Below, piece by piece: positions 56,615-64,000 of a stretch of DNA of 64,000 bases (position 1 is its first letter; each line of letters starts with the position of its first letter). The stretch is from Kudoa neothunni (taxonomy: Eukaryota > Animalia > Cnidaria). The DNA lies in contig OZ199840.1 in NCBI GenBank assembly GCA_964304625.1, positions 10,549,220 to 10,613,219 of the forward strand. The letters are read 5' to 3'. The position numbers and the translations under genes were made by a program. The notes beneath the pieces are model-generated. The model worked only from the letters and a program-made list of their open reading frames with translations. It had not been told where the DNA came from and ran no database searches.

Positions 56615-58735
56615 TGTTTATTTTTTGTTTTTAATTTTTTTTATTTTCCCAATTCTAGTATAAAATATTATTTTTTCGAATCTTTCTATTTAATATTATT
56701 CATCGAAATCTGCTGCAATAAATATTGCGATTTATTTGAAGTAATTTCCGCTTCTAAGGTTTGGTGGTCGGAATATTTATTCTACTGTCAGCGATTACGA
56801 TTTTACTAATTAAACAATGAGTGTCTCTTTCTCTGATTGTGCTTACCTTACTAAGGTAATCCTGAATGGGGGCAAATTAGAGTATGGTTAATTTTATCTG
56901 ACCTGTTTGAATGTGGAAAATAATAATAATACATTAACAATACTATCAGATAGTATTAAATTGTATCTGTAGACTATGAATAGCGGCTGTGAGAATTAAA
57001 AATTTAGATTGCGCTTGCGTGAATGACTAAAAGATATTTTTCAGCGCAAAAAATCGTCCAAAAAAAATACTGTCCAGTTTAATTGGCTATTCACAAAATA
57101 AATAGATTAAACATTCTTATACTGGTACTAATTATTAGTGTAGTAACGTTTATTTGGATTAATAAATTAATATTAACAAACAATGCGTTATTGCGCCTGT
57201 GCACATACAAAAAACGCATCTTTTTTTAATTTATGGTTAATTTTGGATATTGCGTGTATTATTTTTGGATTGAAAATAATATGTGCGGTAAAGGGAATTT
57301 ACAAAATATGCATACTTGAAGCGCTTGCGCATTATGTATAAACACAATTTATTTAATGTGGATTATAACTTGTTACTATCTTTTTTGGATCATTAATATG
57401 AGAAATCCAAGATTGGATGTGTTGATGTAACATGTGGATTTTAATCCACCAATCATGTAATCACATATGTGCGATCGAGAGCAGAGCGGTACGTCAAGAT
57501 TGACTTTTAATGCTAATAAGCTAATAACGCAAGTTCGATTCCCAGTTCGGACCTTGTGTGACATTTAATGTAACGGTAACAGTGATACGGGATAAATGGG
57601 ACTCTTCAGACATCAATAATAAATAATAAAAATCCTCCGCGCGATGTTTATCATTTGATAACTGTCTGTTAATCCTTGATATAACTGAAAATAATGATTT
57701 GGGGATTTCCTGCATAAAGCCACTCCTTTTAAGTTAATAGATATTTTGATTTTCAAAGCTGGAATATGCGCTCAATCATTTCCAAAATTCGGAACCACTT
57801 TTTCTTTTTGTCCCTCAATTTTTTACATTTAATGCATAGTTTTAATTTCTTAATATACTATTTTTCTGATATTAATTATGTTATTTTCATAACAGTTCAG
57901 ATCTAATTATACGTTGATAAACAATTTAATCATGTGACCAAATGTCCATCATTATTTTTAATATACAAAATGAGGGAAATCTACTATTTCTAATAGGTAT
58001 TAAAATTCAATTTACTAAAGAATAAAATGACAGTGTTCAAACTTGTAGTTTTTTGTGCATTTTAAGGGTTAATATCCAGAATAATGTACATAATTAAATT
58101 TCGATTTCTTGCAGATTGTTGAATTTTAATAAAATAATTCAACATTATCGATATTTAAAATAGCATAATACGTCAAGATCCATTGGATGAAGTATGTTTA
58201 CTTTTTAAGGTTAAGGGAGAAATGTAATATTTTTAAATTCGTAAAAGTTTTATGGATCGATAAGAACTTAATCTGATCGATATGAGTGCATTAATGTTTT
58301 TCTTTTTGAAATTTTTTATCATCGGATTTTAGGATATTGCAAAAAATTTAAATGATATCCACGCATATTTTGAGCATATTGATTCAGAGGGAGTGAAACT
58401 AGTTTCTTAGACACCTGGATTTTTCATAATTTTCAATTACTAATAATGAGCAATTGTAGTAATTTTTGAAGAGTCGGAAACAAGAAAGGTAAACGGCTTC
58501 TTTGATTGTTTCATTCCATTCATGTCGATTTTACCATTTAGATTATATTTGGGTATGAGTAATTGCTCATTAAAAGTCCCTTCTATATTTATTGTGTTTC
58601 ATAAAAAATATCCTACTGAAATATGGAAATTTCATTGAATCTTTCCAAAAAATCCATACAGTTCTATTTTTTACACACTATTAGCTTCACGGTGAAATTT
58701 TTTATAATCGCTCTCAAATCTATTTATAAATCATA

Positions 58736-60025
58736 CAGTATTTCACGATCAAGATGCAAAAATAGTAAACCAACAAATTTTATAGTTAAATAATAGTTTC
58801 TGCATTAATTGTTAATGGGGTTCTTAAGCAGGGATGCTGAAAAGTAAGATTTTGAATGTCTCACATAGCTTTGACAGTTGGTTTCGGTTATTTGGGTCGG
58901 ACTATTTTCCATACATTCAATCAGCTCATCATGTGTTTTTGATGCAATCCTTTTAACAATTGATTTCAGTTGCCCGAAAACTTCTTCAATTGGGTTAAGG
59001 AAGGGTGAATACGGCGGTAGTAGTAAGAGTTTGTGAGGACTGCTTTCTATCAAATTTCGAACACTCTCAGTCTTATGGAAAGCTACGTTATCCATAACCA
59101 AAATAGCCTTATCGACAGAATTCGCCTTCAAATTTGCAAAAAGATCTTCTAGAAATGAAGAAAACACAGACTGGTTCACGCCCCCCTTGTGAATTTTAAA
59201 ATTCCAAATTTTTTTGTCACTCATCGCCGCTATTAATATGTTTTGAGATCTGATGTATTTGACCTTTAAATTTGCTCTCGTCCTAGAAAGGGATCTACTT
59301 TGGGAACGAGGGGTTGATAGGGAAAATCCCGATTCATCGATATACAATATTTCCGAATACCTAGGTTCCAATCTTATGAATTCGTTTACATAACTAAGAA
59401 ATATTAGATCAAATATATAGATCAATACGTCACTCGAATCGTAATGAAATTGTCCTAGTAGAATTCCTATCTACAGGCACCAACGATATTTTTTTAAGGT
59501 ATAATGAAACTGTTTCAGAACTCTATTAATAGTTTGACGAGAAACGCAAATAGAAAATTTTTGAAACAGCTTCTCTAATAACTGATTGAATGTCAGCGTA
59601 CAGTTATCATCTACCTCTGTAAGTAAAAATTGTTTGTGCACTTCACTCAACATTGAGCGGCGATCTCCTCCAGTTGCCAACCTTTGGAACGAGCCGGTGT
59701 CATTGAATCTCTTCACTATTCTACTTACTGTAGATTCGGGAATGTTTAATGACTCTGAAATTTGACGATTCGCCTTTCCAATCTTAATTATTTTAATAAT
59801 CATTTAAAATTTGTGCTCACTTCGACATGGTGAGCAATTTTAGCCCTATCTTTGGCACTAACAATCTCGTATTTTCTCTTAATAGAATTATTATTTTCAA
59901 TTTGCTCAGGCATGCTTTTATGGTCTTAACTGGAGAAAACGTGAAAATGCGCGTGCAATTTGTATCTTGATTGGACATACTTGCATCTTGATTGAACATG
60001 TTTGCATCTTGATCGTGAAATACTG
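58736..60025 (-). mobile_element. Tc1/IS630-like DD34E transposon, near intact
   Basis: Perfect 25-bp TIR CAGTATTTCACGATCAAGATGCAAA with TA on both sides. Extra CAAGAT(G/A)CAA repeats near the transposase 5' end. HTH plus YIDESGF, VMDNVAFH and PYSPFLNPIE (D-34-E). Confidence 0.95.
58805..59913 (-). CDS. Tc1-like transposase with two micro-introns (59783-59820, 59394-59433) and one 1-nt frameshift in an A7 run (~59489-59495)
   Basis: Exons 93+349+589 = 1031 nt; adding one A gives 343 aa: MPEQIENNNSIKRKYEIVSAKDRAKIAHHVE|IGKANRQI...TLKK/ISLVPVDRNSTRTISLRFD|YVNEF... Confidence 0.8.
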
Positions 60026-61520
60026 TATAAACCAACAGTTATTACTGCTAAATTAGATAATATTTACGGATTTTGTAATATTTTTCCGCTAAAATTAATT
60101 AGGATAACAGGAAAAACCTTTTGATCATTCTTATTTCAGTTATCCACCCCGAAAACTTAATTAATTAATTGATTGATTGATTAATTAATTAATTAAATTA
60201 TTTATTTATTGAATTTATTTACTTAAATTATTTTATTTTTCTGGAATTCGAAATTTTAGAATGACTAATATCGCATCCAACAGATAAAATTCTATCATAT
60301 ATATATATATATATATATATAAATTAACCCGAAAATGTATTTTAAGGCATTTAGTTTATTTTATATTACTAGATAGCTTCAAATGTTTAAAAGCTTCTGC
60401 GTATACTCCTTTGTGTAATTTACCGAATTATAATACTCAATTTTCTCAGCATCCGTGCGACTGAATCCTCGTCATTTTTGTTGCGGAGAATTTAAAAGAT
60501 AGATTAATTGAAGATTAAACTGAACAAAATATTATCAAGTGACAATATTTATTTTAGCATGCTATTTTAAATTTATACCTCATTTATAAAACATTTTTCA
60601 GCACAATTAACACACTCTAAAACAATATACAATAATGTCTAAGTGAAAATGTTAAAATATCCTTTATATATCATTAAACTTGTATAATTATAATTACACC
60701 ATATTTATTTCAAATGTATTTTCTCGTTATCCCAACATTATGTTTAAAAAAATTAAGTTTATAAAACCCCAAAATTAATCATAATTATATGAATAAATTG
60801 TTTATTTAAAAAATATTCAGTTTTTGAAAAAAAGGAAGAGATTTCTCGGCGGGTTTAAAAAAGACTTATAAATCAAAATTTCGACTTGTAGAGCGAATTA
60901 ATAATGACTTAATACAATAACTGTACTAATTACTATTAGAATATTGGCTACATATTGACATAAATTATCTCGATTCACAGATGGAAATGATTGAATAAAC
61001 ATATTATAGCTCATAATAGTAATCTAAATAATCTAGCCTAGCTCCTCCAATACTTTATTGATAAAAATAAAATCCTTAATTTATGTTTAAATATAATATA
61101 ATTTCAATTAAATTTTGTTCGGAAAATCGTAACCTACAATTTCGCGCGCAGATTTTAAGTTATAATTTTCACACCTATAAACTCTGTACAATTTATACAG
61201 TATAAACTTAACTGATAATGCGATATATGGTCATCTTATGAAAAACTTATTAAAATTTTTCAATAAAGCGTAGTAACATGATTTTTTTGTAGTGTGAATG
61301 TAGATTAATATCACATTATTAAAGGTTTGCAAAAATGTTAGAACGATGTGGTTAATATAAAATTTTTAAATCATTCTGACATCTTCATGTTAGAATAAAC
61401 CCAATTATTCCAAGAGATTAAAAATAAACCCAAGGCATTTGTAATCGGATTATATTCGCTTTTACAAATTTGCAATCAATAAACCAAAATAACTAATATT
61501 GATAGATATTCTTTGAGGGA

Positions 61521-63546
61521 TTAAACAAAGCTGTTTTCGATACAATATCGAAATAATGTAAGATCATTGTCGTTATTCACAGGGAAAAAACACAAATCCA
61601 TCTATTTTTCATTATCAAACAAATTGGATTAATAGAAAGATACCTCGTCTGTGTGTTGAGCCAGTGATTTATCGTTTCCAACAAATACCAAGTGTTTATT
61701 ATTAAATCTCTTAATTAGGTTATTCAACGCATCGCTTAAATCTATTGTATTGTAAATAATTAACCAGGATTAATTATCCTACTACCGTCACTAAATGAAT
61801 AGATATTTTCCACTGGAACATATATTCCAAGTTTATTTATTATCAAATAGGTAGCCATTAGACACAAAGTGTTATTGGTTAGGATAAAGTTGTGTTTTAG
61901 GTTGTGTTGGTTGATCAACGAAAGACATGGTTTGGCGCGCGTGAGCAAATCGAAATTGTCAATTTTCTGTGAACCATTCCATCTATTGTGACAGTAGAAT
62001 GGTTGGATATCTGAACAATATCTATTCGAGTCTAAATCCTCATCACCGCATTTCATGATTTGACTAATTACGCAATTTAGAATTCTCGTAAAAATCCACA
62101 TTGGCCCGCATCTTATCAAACAACGTTTTTGGACTATTTTGATTACAGCTAGGCTTGTCACTATATAAAAATCTGAATGTGCTACATAATGGGGCCAATT
62201 ACTCTAATACAATTGAACAAATTAGAGCATTAGACAAATTATTTGTTTTGGTATCCTAATAATTAAACAATTAAAATATTAAACAATTACACAATCAATT
62301 AATTAAATATTAAACAATTTATTAAAATATTAATATTAAATATTAAAATATCAAATAACCCTATTGTCAAAAATATTACCGAGAAATCGTCGAAAAATAG
62401 ATATTGCTTTGCAAACTCTACGATATAAGGGTTGACCTAAAATCACCGCCCGTGTGTTTGATATTTAGATTAGGAACGATACAATGAAATTATTACCTGG
62501 TTGTGTGCACCTTCAAGGTCGTAATTCTCATCTATACACCAAACGAAAATTGTCTACATGTTAAATTATAAATCGCGTACGTCAGTAGTGATAATCGCCA
62601 AGTATTAATGCCTTACTTCCTGTGTATCGAAAGTTCTTGTGAGAATAGACTTTTTTAGCGTAATAAAATTCGAGCTATCCGAATAGGTTAAATTTGGAAG
62701 ATTAAAACCATCATTAAAATGGTCGATCTGAGGTAGAGAAATAGGCGGGTTTATCGGATGGTAGAAGTTGTCAATAGAAAAATTTTCTGAGCATATTAAT
62801 GGTGCAAACAGCAGATCTTTTACAGTGTTATAATGGGCCGACAAGGGTTCGTTTGTATTGGGGGCAAACTTGCTATTCACTTGACTCGAAATACTGTTCA
62901 AATCGTTGCATTCATATCCAGAAGCAATGAAAGCACCACATTTATGTCTTGTATTAACAATGTTTGTATTTAATTCATCAGCTTTCATCTGTTGTAAGTT
63001 CAGGGGTGTTGGTATGGATATCATATTGGCGTGGTTCTTCATACTTTGAAATGTAGCATCATTACTGCCAGCATGTTGAAATAAATTATCTGTTTGAGAG
63101 CCAAAATTGTAGTTGGGGTAGCTTTGAAATTAATTATCAAAGCTATTTAAGTCAGAGAACTAACAACACTTACTTTAATGAGGGCATTAATTCATTCGCG
63201 TTAAAACCTTCTTGGGGAACCGGAAATGGAAAATACTCCGACCCCAAATAAAAATTCGAAAAATTATTGCTATTGGTCTGCTTGTAAGAAGAACACGGGA
63301 CATTATTTTTAAATTCAAATCGGTTGGTTGTTTCATCCTCTTTTTTCATGCAAATATCTCTAGGGAGACTGTTTTCGTCAGAAACCACCAACCAGTTGTT
63401 TTCGCCCTGAAACAAACTTAAATTGTTATCATCTAGACAGAAAAATTAAAATAATCTAACTAGAACAACAACAATACACATGTCCGTCCGCCAAAATCTA
63501 AACACCCGGATTGGCGCTTAAAATTGATATTACTCAAAGATTTCAT
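61521..63546 (-). CDS. EYA: Eyes absent (EYA)-like protein, divergent, multi-exon
   Basis: Long P/S/N-rich N-terminus followed by EYA-domain landmarks: TIFVWCIDEN (cf. VFVWDLDET), FAKQYLFFDDF (LADTHLFFNDL), CLSLINQH..NFILTNN (ALNLINSR..NVLVTTT), LGIYVPVENIYS (LG.VFPIENIYS), LIKRF..LVFVGND, and CFFPVNNDNDL. Start exon inferred. Confidence 0.85.
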
Positions 63547-64000
63547 AGTATTTATCTATCCAAAAAGATTGGTGTGACTTTAACATTCGCTAGTAATACA
63601 AGATAAGGACTTATTACAATAACATGTTAATAATGTTCGTTGTTTTTTTAAACCATACTTCAATTATGGATTTAGTTTTCACGTTAAACTAAAAATCTAC
63701 ATCCCTCAGATATTGTCTATACTAGAATTACTATTAATATTTGGGCAGTGAAGTGGAATTGTACAAATATTCTCAATATACATCGTATCATTTTTGTTTT
63801 AAGATTTAAAAACAACTATTTTTTTAACCGTATATTATAAATTAATTATTCATTTATTTATTTATTAATATCATTTGTTTTATATATTAATACGAGATTT
63901 ACTATTCTAATCCAAAAACAATATACGATTGGTTATTGCCATGGAGAATAATCACCCAGATAAATACTCGGAAATTTTTTGAATTAATTTTAAGTTCTTA

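Noticed and set aside
59940-60025. Short spaced repeats (CAAGATGCAA) resembling a mini CRISPR
   Set aside because: These are Tc1 subterminal transposase-binding repeats; eukaryotic context, no cas genes, spacers far too short.

Overview
This is AT-rich (roughly 70%+ AT by eye) eukaryotic, animal-type DNA, not prokaryotic. Host genes are split by many very short GT-AG introns (mostly ~38-65 nt), so the ORF track fragments them. After manual splicing I find ten host genes: a multi-C2H2 zinc-finger gene (-), two tandem divergent endophilin-like BAR-SH3 genes (+), POMP/UMP1 (-), a YY1/Pho orthologue (+), two duplicated secreted five-Kunitz-domain genes (+), ALG1 (-) head-to-head with Elongin C (+) across 80 bp, and an Eyes-absent gene (-) whose HAD catalytic residues are replaced. 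Intergenic space is filled with decayed, often nested transposons: Gypsy, hAT, piggyBac, MULE, pogo/Tigger, and a near-intact Tc1-like element whose transposase carries two host-sized micro-introns. Divergent proteins plus micro-introns suggest a fast-evolving, reduced invertebrate such as a myxozoan or similar parasite; that is inference only. All exon boundaries and family assignments were made by eye and from remembered family motifs, with no database searches. I did not find a clearly new multi-gene system. The strongest leads are the EYA pseudophosphatase, the duplicated atypical penta-Kunitz proteins and the intron-containing Tc1.
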